From a virus (taxonomy: Duplodnaviria > Caudoviricetes), in IMG/VR virus record IMGVR_UViG_3300027513_000020, positions 1 through 50,830 of that record: a stretch of DNA of 50,830 nucleotides. The stretch is one strand, 5' to 3'. The position numbers and the translations under genes were made by a program. The first letter of the stretch is position 1. Every line of letters starts with the position of its first letter. The notes beneath the pieces were generated by a model that was given only the letters and a program-made list of their open reading frames with translations, searched no databases and was not told where the DNA came from. Shown here piece after piece: positions 7,367-17,082 of the stretch.

Positions 7367-8864
7367 CCCCGCCGGCGCGGAACGCCTCACCCTCGCGGAT
7401 CTCAAGATCCGGACCCAGGACCGCCGGCTCATTCCGTTCGCGCCCAACGCGGTGCAAGCGAGCTATCTGGACGTGCTCCTCCCGGCCTGGCGGGAAGGCG
7501 ACTGCCGGCTCCGGGGCCGGCGGGAGCTGATCCTGAAGTTTCGGCAGCCGGGCTTCTCGACCCTGATCTTCGCCTTGCTCTTCCTGGACACGCTGACGAC
7601 GCCGCACACGCACACCGTCGCCGTCGCGCACGACGCGGACAGCACCGAGCGCCTCTTCCAGATCGTGCGCCGGATGTACGAGAACCTGCCGGAGGAGCAG
7701 CGGCCGGCGACGCGCTACGCGAACCGCCGGGAGTTCCTCTGGCCGGCGCTGGACTCGAGCTTCTTCGTCGGGACGGCCGGCACCCGGGACTTCGGAAGGA
7801 GCGCGACGATCAACAACGCGCACCTCTCCGAGGCGGCCTCGTACCCCGACGCCGCGGCGCTGGTCGCGGGGCTCCTCCAGGCGGTGCCCGCGGACGGGAA
7901 CGTCTTCGTGGAGACCACCGCGAAGGGGATGGGCAACTGGTTCCACGACGAGTGGACGGCGGCCGAGAAGGGGGACAGCGTCTTCACGCCGCGCTTCTTC
8001 GGCTGGAACGCCCACGGCGTCTACCGGGCGCCGGAGGTACCGGCGGACTTCCGGCCGACCGCGGACGAGCGGGTCCTGGTCCAGCGGCACGGGCTGGATG
8101 CGGGGCAGCTCCTCTGGCGGCGGGAGAAGGTGAAGGAGCTGCGGCAGTTCTTCGTCCAGGAGTACCCGCTCACGGCCAGTGAGGCGTTCCTCGCGACGGG
8201 CGGCCGGGTGCTCTCCGAGTTCATCCCGGAGCGGGCGCCGGCGGGGCACCTGGTCGAGGATTTCGTGCCCCCGCGGAGCTGGCGGCACTTCCTGGTCATC
8301 GATCCGGGCTGGCGGGTGTGCGCCGGCCTGTGGGGCGCGGTGGACCCGGAAGGGCAACTCTGGCTCTACGGTGAGCACTACGAGGGCGAGAAGCTCCCGC
8401 GGGAGCATGTCGCCGCCCTCCACGGCCAATGGCAGCTCTACGGGCAGCCGCCGGTGGAGGTGCTGATGGACCCGGCCGGCTTCGACATCAAGCGGACCAC
8501 GACCGGCCGGGAAGCGCCCTCGGACGCCGACGAGTTCAAGCAGGCGGCGCAGGAGCTGAAGGCGACCTGGCTGCGACCGAAGCCCGCGGACAACGGGGAC
8601 CCGCAGGCCTACCGCGTGAAGCGGCGGCTCGCAGAGAACACGCTGTTCGTCTGCGAGGGGCTCCGGCACTGGCGCTGGGAGCAGGAGCGGTGGGTGAGAC
8701 AGGCGCCCCGCAGCGGCCGCCTCGCCGCGGAGCATCCGGAACCGGACCGCCCGATTGACAGATTTAACCATTTACAGGACACATTGCGCTACTTAGTGAA
8801 TCACCTCGACCGACCCCAGGCAGCCGGCGGCTTCTCCCTCGTCGGCAAGGCGCGACCGTCGTGA
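7239..8864 (+). CDS. terL: Terminase large subunit
   Basis: Walker A-like ILKFRQPGFST, Walker B AHLSEAA, ETTAKG, nuclease IDPG and DRFNHLQDTLRY. Confidence 0.92.
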   Translation: MSVCGALPNSWTPERVARAWEHLTPAEQDEANKHLRALRPSTDPAGAERLTLADLKIRTQDRRLIPFAPNAVQASYLDVLLPAWREGDCRLRGRRELILKFRQPGFSTLIFALLFLDTLTTPHTHTVAVAHDADSTERLFQIVRRMYENLPEEQRPATRYANRREFLWPALDSSFFVGTAGTRDFGRSATINNAHLSEAASYPDAAALVAGLLQAVPADGNVFVETTAKGMGNWFHDEWTAAEKGDSVFTPRFFGWNAHGVYRAPEVPADFRPTADERVLVQRHGLDAGQLLWRREKVKELRQFFVQEYPLTASEAFLATGGRVLSEFIPERAPAGHLVEDFVPPRSWRHFLVIDPGWRVCAGLWGAVDPEGQLWLYGEHYEGEKLPREHVAALHGQWQLYGQPPVEVLMDPAGFDIKRTTTGREAPSDADEFKQAAQELKATWLRPKPADNGDPQAYRVKRRLAENTLFVCEGLRHWRWEQERWVRQAPRSGRLAAEHPEPDRPIDRFNHLQDTLRYLVNHLDRPQAAGGFSLVGKARPS

Positions 8865-9397
8865 CCACCACCGAGCGACCGGAGCGCGTGAGCATTGACC
8901 GCCTGGCCCTCGTCGAGCAGCTCGAAGGGGAGGAGCTGGCGGCGGCCGTCGCCCGGGAGGTGATGGGCTGGCAACAGGTCTGGGCGTGCGGGAAGTTCGC
9001 CTGTGAGCACTGGATTGATTGCGGCTCACCGATCCGCTTCTCGACTGGGGAGAGGGCAGCGGCAGCCTGTGCGGAGCATAACCGCGCCGCGGGCACGCAG
9101 CACGAACCGATTGCCCTCTGGGTGGACGAGAACGGGAACGAGCAAAGCGCGGCCCACTTCTGGCGGCCCGATCGGGACATGAACGCCGCCTGGGACATGA
9201 TCCGTTGGCTGGGTCGGCTGCACCTGTCACTGATGGACCTGACGGGTCTCTTCCGGATCTTCCTCCGGATCGAGCACTACCGGCGCTTCCAATGCACCGC
9301 GGACGATGATGCGATGGTCTTGCTGCACGCCCTGCCGACCGACCTCTGTCGCGCGGCCCTCGCAGCGAAGCGAATGGCCGAGGAGTGCCGCCGGTGA
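8861..9397 (+). CDS. Phage ABA-sandwich/BC1872-like protein
   Basis: ELAAAVAREVMGW...RPDRDMNAAW...LCRAALAA pattern. Confidence 0.55.
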   Translation: MTTTERPERVSIDRLALVEQLEGEELAAAVAREVMGWQQVWACGKFACEHWIDCGSPIRFSTGERAAAACAEHNRAAGTQHEPIALWVDENGNEQSAAHFWRPDRDMNAAWDMIRWLGRLHLSLMDLTGLFRIFLRIEHYRRFQCTADDDAMVLLHALPTDLCRAALAAKRMAEECRR

Positions 9398-10752
9398 CGA
9401 TGCTCGTCGAGCGGACGAACGGGAAGCCCCCCGCCGGCACGTCCGCCTCGGTAGTCCAGGCGACCGGGAAGGGCCGCAGCCTCGACCGGGTGCTCGAACG
9501 CACGTCGTACCGCCTGTTCCGGCAGCTCTACCTGAACATCCCGGCGATGGGCCGGGGCATCTCGATCCTGACCGCCCTCGCCGGGGAGCCGGCTGTTCAG
9601 GGCGTGGACGAGGAGCATACCCTCGACCTCCAGACGTGGACCGAGGACGTGAAAGCGGGCTGGGGCGGGATGGGCCTCGGGTGCTTCCTCGGAGACCACG
9701 GGGGGCAGATGCTCCTCCATGGGAACGGCGTCGCGGAAGCGGAGATCGGTCCTTTCCGCGACGAGGTGACGGGCCTGTGGAGCTACCGCAGCGAGTACTT
9801 CCGCTACGACACCGACCGTGGGCAGCTCGATATCCGGCAGCTCAACGCGCGTGACGGGCCGGGCAGCTCGCTGGTTTCCGGAGGCCGCGTCCTCTCCCCG
9901 CTGACGGCCACGGTCTCGACCTTCGACCCGCAGGGGAGCGCCCCGGAAGGGCAGCCGCTCTACCTCGCGTGTCCCACGGTCGCCCAGGTGTGGGTCGAGA
10001 CCTTGATGGCGTTCAAGTCCACGATGCGCCGGATGGGGATCCCCATCTTCCACATCAACGGCCAATATCCCGAGAACTGGGAGGACGACGCCGAGTTCAC
10101 GCGGGCGACCGCGTTGGCCACCCAGATGAGCAACGGCCTGAACGAAGCGGTGAAGAGCCAGGTCGAGCAAGGGCTCGCGAAAGACTGGGTGACCCTGGGG
10201 AATGTCACGGTGAAGGTCCTGGGCCTCGACGGCGAGGCGATGGACTTCCAGATCTCGAAACGGCAGCTCATCGAGGAGATCGTGGTGGCCAGTGACGTGC
10301 CGCCGTCCCTCTTCGGCTATTCCTGGTCCGCGACGGAGCGGATGTCCTCGGTGCAGATGCGCAAGCTCTCCGGGCGGGTGCGGGCGATCCGCCGGGCGCT
10401 GAATCCATGCATCCGGAAGATGCTGGACCTCCGGCAGCGGGTGCGGGGCGAGAGCCGGCCGTACACGCTGATGTGGCCCGACACGAACCTGGCCGAGGAG
10501 CTGGAAACGGCCCGCGCCGCCCTCAACGACGCCAACGCGGACGTGAAGAAGCTGCAGTACGCCCTCGCCCTCTGGCGGCTCGGCATCTGGGACCAGACGC
10601 AGGTCGCGGAGTACTGCACCGGCAGCGCCGAGGTGAAGCGGGCGCTGGCAGAGCCGCCCGCGGTCTCTCTCGGCGGCGGCGACGGGAGCAGCGGCGACGG
10701 GAGCAGCGGCCAGGACCAGGACGAGGCGGATTCCACCGTCGGGAGCAACTGA
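9394..10752 (+). CDS. Portal protein
   Basis: About 450 aa between terL and the protease; HGGQMLLHGNGVAE, IVVASDVPPSLFG; GAGGAG RBS and GTGA overlap. Confidence 0.8.
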   Translation: MTMLVERTNGKPPAGTSASVVQATGKGRSLDRVLERTSYRLFRQLYLNIPAMGRGISILTALAGEPAVQGVDEEHTLDLQTWTEDVKAGWGGMGLGCFLGDHGGQMLLHGNGVAEAEIGPFRDEVTGLWSYRSEYFRYDTDRGQLDIRQLNARDGPGSSLVSGGRVLSPLTATVSTFDPQGSAPEGQPLYLACPTVAQVWVETLMAFKSTMRRMGIPIFHINGQYPENWEDDAEFTRATALATQMSNGLNEAVKSQVEQGLAKDWVTLGNVTVKVLGLDGEAMDFQISKRQLIEEIVVASDVPPSLFGYSWSATERMSSVQMRKLSGRVRAIRRALNPCIRKMLDLRQRVRGESRPYTLMWPDTNLAEELETARAALNDANADVKKLQYALALWRLGIWDQTQVAEYCTGSAEVKRALAEPPAVSLGGGDGSSGDGSSGQDQDEADSTVGSN

Positions 10753-12167
10753 TGATCCGCGCGCTGGAGGTCCTCTGCGGGCGCCCGTGGGCCATTCACC
10801 CGGACTGGCTGACGCTGCTCGCCGGCATCGCGGCCCGGGAGCACGTGCCCACCGCGGCGGAGCTGGCGGCCCTCCGGGAGACCCGCGACCGGCGGCAGGC
10901 GCTGGCGGCGCAGAGCGGGCGCGCGCTCGACGGGGCCCGGGACATCCGCGTCCGGGACGGGGTAGCGGTGCAGTCGATCTTCGGGCCCCTGGTGCCGCGG
11001 GCCGACTTCTTCGACGAGGTGAGCGGGGCGGCGGATGTGGCCCACCTCGCGCAGGACTTCGCCGCCGCGACCCGGGATCCGCAGATCCGGGCCATCCTGC
11101 TCCATTTCGACAGCCCCGGCGGCGACGTGACCGACATCGGGGAGTTCGCCGCGCAGATCCGGGCCGGCGCCGCGGAGAAACCCGTGGCGGCCTACGTTTC
11201 CGGCTACGGGGCGTCCGGCGCCTACTGGCTCGCGAGCGCGGCCGGCGCGGTCGTGGTCTCGCCCAGCGCGCTCCTCGGGTCCATCGGCGTCTACTCCGCC
11301 TACCGGGACACGCGGGAGCGGGACGCGAAGGCCGGCGTGGCCACCATCGAGTTCGTCAGCTCCCAGTCCCCGCGGAAGCGGCCGGACCCGGCGACGGAGG
11401 GCGGGCGGGCGCAGATCCAGGCGCGGGTGGACGATCTCGCGGCGGTCTTCATCGCCGCCGTCGCCGGCTACCGGGGCCTCACGCCGGACCAGGTGACCCT
11501 TCAGTTCGGGGGCGGCGACGTGTTCGTGGGGGCCGGGGCCGTCACCGCCGGGCTCGCGGACCGCGTCGGGAGTTTCGAGCAGGTGCTAGCGGAGCTGGCG
11601 GCCGGCGCAATCCCGCGCCGCCCGGCCGGCGTGGGGGCCGCCGAGAGCGGCAGAGAGGATGACGGAATGAGCCTCTGGCAGAAGCTACAGGCCGCTCTCG
11701 ATCGCAGTGACGGCGACGGAGCGGAAGGGAAGCCGCCGGCCCCAGGGCCGGCCGTCCTGGTCCCGGGCGCGGCGCCGCAAGGCGTCGTGGCCGAGGACCT
11801 CTACACCGGCGAGCAGCAGCAGCGGCAGGCGGCGGAAGCGCAGCTCGCTGCCGCCTTCGCCGGGGTCCGGCCACGCGTCATCGCCGCCGGCATCCGGGCC
11901 GGGCATCCGGCGGCGCTCGTGACGCGCTCGGTGGATGCCCTCGTCGCGGCGCGGGACTGGGAGAGCCTCGCCGCCTACTGGCAGGAAGCCGACGCCGCGG
12001 CGCAGGCGAGCCTCACGCCGGGCACCTCCGCGGACCGGGGGCCGGCCACGCGGGATGCCGATCCGAAGGGCGAGCACGCGGACCCGCGGACCGTCGTCGC
12101 CCGCTACCACGGGAAGCACGCAGCGCGCGCCGCCGCGGCGCCGGACAACGGAAAGGCAAAGGCATAA
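10752..12167 (+). CDS. S49 (SppA-like) capsid maturation protease with C-terminal scaffold
   Basis: PWAI, FDSPGG, GASGAYWLASAA, GSIGV, AGLADRVGSF; internal in-frame ATG at 11667. Confidence 0.9.
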   Translation: MIRALEVLCGRPWAIHPDWLTLLAGIAAREHVPTAAELAALRETRDRRQALAAQSGRALDGARDIRVRDGVAVQSIFGPLVPRADFFDEVSGAADVAHLAQDFAAATRDPQIRAILLHFDSPGGDVTDIGEFAAQIRAGAAEKPVAAYVSGYGASGAYWLASAAGAVVVSPSALLGSIGVYSAYRDTRERDAKAGVATIEFVSSQSPRKRPDPATEGGRAQIQARVDDLAAVFIAAVAGYRGLTPDQVTLQFGGGDVFVGAGAVTAGLADRVGSFEQVLAELAAGAIPRRPAGVGAAESGREDDGMSLWQKLQAALDRSDGDGAEGKPPAPGPAVLVPGAAPQGVVAEDLYTGEQQQRQAAEAQLAAAFAGVRPRVIAAGIRAGHPAALVTRSVDALVAARDWESLAAYWQEADAAAQASLTPGTSADRGPATRDADPKGEHADPRTVVARYHGKHAARAAAAPDNGKAKA

Positions 12168-12170
12168 CCG

Positions 12171-12641
12171 ATGGCCTTCGGACAGCAGACGACGACGACC
12201 AGCGGCGGCGGCACCCCCGCCAGTGCCGACGGGCGGCCGGAATACAAGCCGGGCGGCGTCACGATCGACTGGAGCACCGTGCCGGCGAACGCCTCCGCCA
12301 CCACCCTCGCGGACGGCTCCGTGATCCCCGCGGGGGTGAAGTACCTGCCGTACGGGCTCATCCTCACCCGCATCACCGCCAGCGGCAAGTACGGGCCGCG
12401 CCAGGAAGCCGCCGCGGACGGCCGGGAGGCGGCGACCCGGGGGAACACCTACATCCTGAACTACACGATCCGGCAGGACGACCTCCACGCGGATCACCCG
12501 CCGGGCGTCTTCGACGGCGGGCGGGTCTACATCGATCGCCTGAAAGCGGTGACGGCGGGCGCCTACGCCGCGACCGACGCCTGGACCGCCGAGGTGCAGG
12601 CCGCGCTCCCGCGGGTCTCGCCCGCGGACCCCGACCTGTAA
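12171..12641 (+). CDS. Head decoration protein (lambda gpD-like position)
   Basis: YLPYGLILTRITASGKYGP motif; lies between protease and capsid. Confidence 0.7.
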   Translation: MAFGQQTTTTSGGGTPASADGRPEYKPGGVTIDWSTVPANASATTLADGSVIPAGVKYLPYGLILTRITASGKYGPRQEAAADGREAATRGNTYILNYTIRQDDLHADHPPGVFDGGRVYIDRLKAVTAGAYAATDAWTAEVQAALPRVSPADPDL

Positions 12642-12760
12642 CTGGCTGATGGCTGGAACCGGCTAATGGCTAATGGCTTCGAGCCGGGACCGAACCGGTT
12701 CGAACGGGTTCTTCCCGGTTCCAAACCATCAGCCATCAGCCATTAACCATCAGCCAGTTA
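12639..12760. repeat. Palindromic mini-element E1 with heptamer (ATGGCTR/YAGCCAT-type) arms
   Basis: 14-bp perfect terminal IR TAACTGGCTGATGG/CCATCAGCCAGTTA; core CGAACCGGTTCGAACGGGTTC. Confidence 0.8.
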
Positions 12761-12780
12761 GCGAGAAAGGAACCACGACC

Positions 12781-13893
12781 ATGGACGGTTGGAGTGCCAT
12801 CGCGGCCGAGCGCATCACGGCGATCCTGGAGGAGCTGACCCAGGTCGACGACCGGGACGGGGGGCGGCTGTTCGACAGCTGGATCCCGGCGGTGCCGGCC
12901 GCGGACGGGGAAGTGATGCTCCACATCACGGGGAACGTCATCGCGGCCGACATCATCCAGCTCGATCAGCAGTGCGTCATCCGGCAGCCGGAGCCGATCC
13001 GGACCTCCCAGACGGCGATCCCGAAGATCAAGCACGGGCAGATGATCGGGGAGTATCAGATCGATCTCCTCGACCGGCTCGACCGGAACCTCGCGACCAC
13101 CGGGGACCGGCGCGCCTTCGACAACTACGTGGTCCGCTCCCTCAACCGGCTCCTGGCCGGCGTCCGGGACCGGCGCGAGCTGCTCTACAGCGCGATGCTC
13201 TGCGACGATCTCGACTACAACCGGTTCGGGATCATCATGTCCAACGTCACGTGGGGGATGCCCGCGACCCTCAAGGTGACGGCCGGCATCGCGTGGAGCA
13301 ACCCCGCGACCGCGACCCCGATCTCGGACCTGGAGGCGCTCCTCCAAGCCGGGGAAGACACCTACGGCGAGCAGTATGACACCGTGGTGATGACCCGGCA
13401 GGGCTTCGACGAGATGGCGGCAACCGACGAGTTCATCGAGCGGAGCCAGGCGTGGTTCCAGCTCCAGTTCGCGACGGGGACCTTCCCGACCGGGAACCGG
13501 AACGCCATGAGCCAGCTGGCGGAGAACATCCTCTCCTCGCCCGGCCGCCGCGTGATGATCCAGGTCTACAACAAGCGGACCTACCTCGAAGCCGGCGACG
13601 GGGCGCTCTCCACCGCGCAGTTCCTGCCGGACGACAAGGTGATCCTCGCGGACAGCCGGGACTTCGGCAGCGCCGAGCCCTGGGACTTCGCGAACGCCGA
13701 CGTCATCGAGACGAAGCGCGGGATGGTGCCGTCCCTCATCGGGGAGGAGTTCGCCGAGTCGATCCCCGGTCCCGTGGCCTACGCGACAGCCGGCGATCCG
13801 AACGGCGACCCGCCGGGACAGGTGCTGTACGCAGTCCAGCGCGGCTGGCCACGCAAGCATCGACAGAGTGCAAACGCCGTGCTCACGATCTAG
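12781..13893 (+). CDS. Major capsid protein (lambda gpE-like)
   Basis: 370 aa; IPKIKHG, WSNPATATPISDL, FLPDDKVIL; AGAAAGGA RBS; gene order. Confidence 0.85.
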   Translation: MDGWSAIAAERITAILEELTQVDDRDGGRLFDSWIPAVPAADGEVMLHITGNVIAADIIQLDQQCVIRQPEPIRTSQTAIPKIKHGQMIGEYQIDLLDRLDRNLATTGDRRAFDNYVVRSLNRLLAGVRDRRELLYSAMLCDDLDYNRFGIIMSNVTWGMPATLKVTAGIAWSNPATATPISDLEALLQAGEDTYGEQYDTVVMTRQGFDEMAATDEFIERSQAWFQLQFATGTFPTGNRNAMSQLAENILSSPGRRVMIQVYNKRTYLEAGDGALSTAQFLPDDKVILADSRDFGSAEPWDFANADVIETKRGMVPSLIGEEFAESIPGPVAYATAGDPNGDPPGQVLYAVQRGWPRKHRQSANAVLTI

Positions 13894-13900
13894 GGAGAAA

Positions 13901-14230
13901 ATGGCGATGAACAAGAGAGACGAAGCCGGCGCGGCCCCGGAGCAGTTGCCGGCGCCCGGTCGCCGGCCGGAGCGAGGTGCGGAGCCGGAGCGGGGCTTGG
14001 AGGCGGAGCGGGGTGCGGAGCCGGCGGGTCGGTTGGGAGCCGGACGGGCCGGCCGGCGCCGCGCGGTCCCCGAGAGCGCCGGGGAGCGGGAAGCCCGGTA
14101 CGCGCAGGCGTTCGCGAACGGCGGCAGCGTCGTCGTGGGCGGGACGATCTGCACGTCGCCGGAGGAGCTGCGGGAAGAGCTGGGGGAAGACCTGCCGGAA
14201 GCGCAGCCGAAAACCCGGGCGGAGGCCTGA
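13901..14230 (+). CDS. Hypothetical protein with ERG(A/L)E tandem repeats
   Basis: GGGAG RBS; three 18-bp repeats; TGATG coupling. Confidence 0.65.
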   Translation: MAMNKRDEAGAAPEQLPAPGRRPERGAEPERGLEAERGAEPAGRLGAGRAGRRRAVPESAGEREARYAQAFANGGSVVVGGTICTSPEELREELGEDLPEAQPKTRAEA

Positions 14231-14628
14231 TGGCCCCACCGAGAAAGCACGCCAGCAGCGCGGAGCGCACCCGCGCCTACCGGGCGCGCAAGAAAGCCGC
14301 GGCGGCGGCGGCGCAGGAGGCAGCCAGGGCATCTCTCACCCGCGAAGACCTGGAGATGCTGTTGGAGTACCTGGCCGAGTCGGTGCGATACGCCGCGCGG
14401 CGGGGGTTCGTGCCGGCCCAGGCCATCCTGATGCGTGCTGGTGAGGACGCGGGGGACGATCGTACCCTGGTGGTGCATCTGGCCCGCTGGATGGACGAAG
14501 ACGCCGTTCCGTGGTACCGGCTGATGGAAGAGGAGCGCCGCGCGGCAGCGTTTGCGAGGAGCCTCCACGGGCACATTGACGACTTCGCGCGGCAGGTCCT
14601 CGTTGCCCGTGGGTTCCTACCGGAGTAA
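14230..14628 (+). CDS. Hypothetical protein with a basic N-terminal helix, possibly DNA-binding
   Basis: PRKHASSAERTRAYRARKK. Confidence 0.65.
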   Translation: MAPPRKHASSAERTRAYRARKKAAAAAAQEAARASLTREDLEMLLEYLAESVRYAARRGFVPAQAILMRAGEDAGDDRTLVVHLARWMDEDAVPWYRLMEEERRAAAFARSLHGHIDDFARQVLVARGFLPE

Positions 14629-14634
14629 CCTCCC

Positions 14635-15462
14635 GTGCCGACCACCCCTCCCCAGTTCCGCCACCTGCTGCCGGAGCCGGGACTCCGCGTCCGGCGCTCA
14701 TCCCCGGCCGCCGCGGACTGGTCCGCGCTGGCGCTCTCGCCGGCCGGCTGGTATCGGGCGGACACCGGGCTCTATCAGGAGCGGACGGGCGCCGCGGCCA
14801 CGACGCCCGCGCTGCTCCTCTCGGATCCGGTCGGCACCTGGCAGGACCGGACGCCGCATGGGCGCCACCTCGTTGCCGCCACGGACGCCTCCCGCGCCTC
14901 GCTGCACCTCGGCCTCCAGAATGACCTGCCGGGCGTGCGGCTCGACGGGGCGGACGACCGGCTGATCAACGCCGCGCTGGGGGCGCTCTTCGCCGGCACC
15001 GACGTGCCGCACACCCTGGTTTACGTCTCCCGCTCCAACACGCCCGCGGCGACGTTCCAGGCCGAGACGCTCCTCTATCACAGCGGGGCCGGCCTCGCGT
15101 TCGAGGCGATCTACAACGCCGCGACGGCGACGGGGATGACGTTCTCCCGCCGGGACGACACGGGGCTGAACGAGATCATCCCGACGTTCACGGACGACCG
15201 GAGCACGTTCCGCATCCTGGAGATCGCGTTCACCGGGACGGCGGTCTCCATCCGGCGGAACGGCGCGGCGGTGCTGACGGACGCGACGGTGGACGTGGGC
15301 GCCTTCACGGTGGACCGGTTCGCGGTGGGCGGCGGGCCGGTGTCCGGCTTCTTCCTCGGGGATATCCTCGAGCTGCTGGTGTTCGAGGGAGTGCTCGCGG
15401 CGGAGGACGCCACGCTCCTCCGGGCCTACCTCGGGACGAGGTACCTGATCGAGGTGGCCTGA
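14635..15462 (+). CDS. LamG/ConA-like jelly-roll virion protein
   Basis: WYRAD...DPVGTWQDRT...GVRLDGADD...FFLGDILELLVF...YLGTRY. Confidence 0.7.
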   Translation: MPTTPPQFRHLLPEPGLRVRRSSPAAADWSALALSPAGWYRADTGLYQERTGAAATTPALLLSDPVGTWQDRTPHGRHLVAATDASRASLHLGLQNDLPGVRLDGADDRLINAALGALFAGTDVPHTLVYVSRSNTPAATFQAETLLYHSGAGLAFEAIYNAATATGMTFSRRDDTGLNEIIPTFTDDRSTFRILEIAFTGTAVSIRRNGAAVLTDATVDVGAFTVDRFAVGGGPVSGFFLGDILELLVFEGVLAAEDATLLRAYLGTRYLIEVA

Positions 15463-17081
15463 TGCAACTCGCCGCCGTCGCCAAGAGCCCGCTGGAGATC
15501 CTGGTCTCGTCTTCCCAGGCCGCCCACTTCGCGACCCTTGAGGGCGCGCTGGCGGCGGCGGCGGCCGGGGACACGATCCTGGTGGGGCCCGGCACCTACA
15601 GCCCGCCGGCCACGCTGCTCCTCGACCAGGCCGGCGTGACCCTGAAGAGCACGCACGGGCCGCACGCCACGAAGATCAACGTCCCGCTCGCGAACGTGCC
15701 GGGCGTCCGGATCTCGGCCTCGCGGGTGCGCCTCGGCGGGTTCGAGATCGACGGGCGGGGGGCGGCGCAGCCGGCCGGGACCGGCGCGGACGGGATCGTC
15801 ATCGAAGGCGAGGGCGGCAGCCCGCTCCTGGGGGTGCAGGTCGAGGACTGCTACGTCCACGACGTGGGACGGGCCGGCAACGGGGTGCAGGCCTTCTGGA
15901 CGGACGATCTCGTGATCCGCCGGTGCCGGATCGACAACCACGCGACCTCCCCGACCACCTGGGGCGGCAAGGGCACCCAGAAGGGCGTCTACGTCATCCG
16001 GAGCAACCGGAACCGGATCGAGGACTGCGACCTGTCCGGGTGGAGCCAGGCGGTGGGCTGGTGGACGGGCGTGCGGGACAGCGTGCTCCTGAATTCCCGG
16101 CTGATCGCCAACTACGGGTTTGAGGACGACGCCCAGACCATCTCCCGGAGCGCGTTCGAGGACTACAGCAACGGCGTGGAGGAGCACGGCGGGAACGCGG
16201 TCCTGAACTGCCTGGTGGACGGGAGCGCCCACTGCTGCTTCGAGATCGCGCAGGGGCTGAAGTACGGCGGGCGCTACGTGGGGAACACCCTGCGCAACGC
16301 GGCCACGCTGGTCGGGCGGGCGAGCTCGACGCCGGGCGGCTGCTTCGCGGTGGTGGAGCTGGACGAGCCGGCGCAGCGCACCCAGGAGATCCTCGTCGCC
16401 GGCAACCACTGCTACAGCACGGCCGGGGCCGGGATCCTGGATGTGAACCTCGTGCAGGCGCGGCGGGTGTCCGTCCACGGCAATTTCTTCTACGGCTACC
16501 GGAACCCGGGCCAGGCGGCCCTCGGCGTCTTCGGCGACCACGCCGTCTCCATCCTCGGCAACCAGTTCCGAGACTGTGCGACCGGGATCGACGTGACCGG
16601 CGGCAACGACACCCTGATCGGGAGCGGGAACATGTTCACGGGGACGGGCAACGACGGGGCCGACGCCGCGATCCACATTTCGGCCGGGACGGGCATCCAG
16701 GTGGACGGGGTGCTGATCCGGACCACGAACGGGAAAGGGGTGGTCATCGCGAGCGGCAGCCGGATCAGCGTCCGGAACTCCACCATCATCGTGCCGACCT
16801 GGGCGGTGGTCGCGACGGCCATCGCGGACCTGGACATTCACGGCTGCTACCTGGAAGAGACGGGGGCCGGCGCGTTCGGCTGCTTCAACCTGGACGGCGC
16901 CTGCGTGCGCGCCGACATCCGGGGGAACCGGACGAACAACCCGGCGCGGACCGGGTACTTCTCGGCGACCACCGCGAAGTGCCGGTTCGAACACAACTGG
17001 TGCATCGGGGCGTCCGGCATCAACGTGACGGATCTGGCTGGGGGCGGTTCGACGAATACTGTTAGTAACAATTACACCTAA
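15462..17081 (+). CDS. Pectate-lyase-like beta-helix tailspike or depolymerase
   Basis: TLEGALAAAAAGDTILVGPGTY start; many IxxCxI/xGNx repeats. Confidence 0.8.
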   Translation: MQLAAVAKSPLEILVSSSQAAHFATLEGALAAAAAGDTILVGPGTYSPPATLLLDQAGVTLKSTHGPHATKINVPLANVPGVRISASRVRLGGFEIDGRGAAQPAGTGADGIVIEGEGGSPLLGVQVEDCYVHDVGRAGNGVQAFWTDDLVIRRCRIDNHATSPTTWGGKGTQKGVYVIRSNRNRIEDCDLSGWSQAVGWWTGVRDSVLLNSRLIANYGFEDDAQTISRSAFEDYSNGVEEHGGNAVLNCLVDGSAHCCFEIAQGLKYGGRYVGNTLRNAATLVGRASSTPGGCFAVVELDEPAQRTQEILVAGNHCYSTAGAGILDVNLVQARRVSVHGNFFYGYRNPGQAALGVFGDHAVSILGNQFRDCATGIDVTGGNDTLIGSGNMFTGTGNDGADAAIHISAGTGIQVDGVLIRTTNGKGVVIASGSRISVRNSTIIVPTWAVVATAIADLDIHGCYLEETGAGAFGCFNLDGACVRADIRGNRTNNPARTGYFSATTAKCRFEHNWCIGASGINVTDLAGGGSTNTVSNNYT

Positions 17082-17082
17082 C

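Noticed and set aside
12673-12780. N-terminal extension of the capsid protein from the ATG at 12673
   Set aside because: It translates the repeat element (NHQPSAINHQP); the strong RBS supports a start at 12781.
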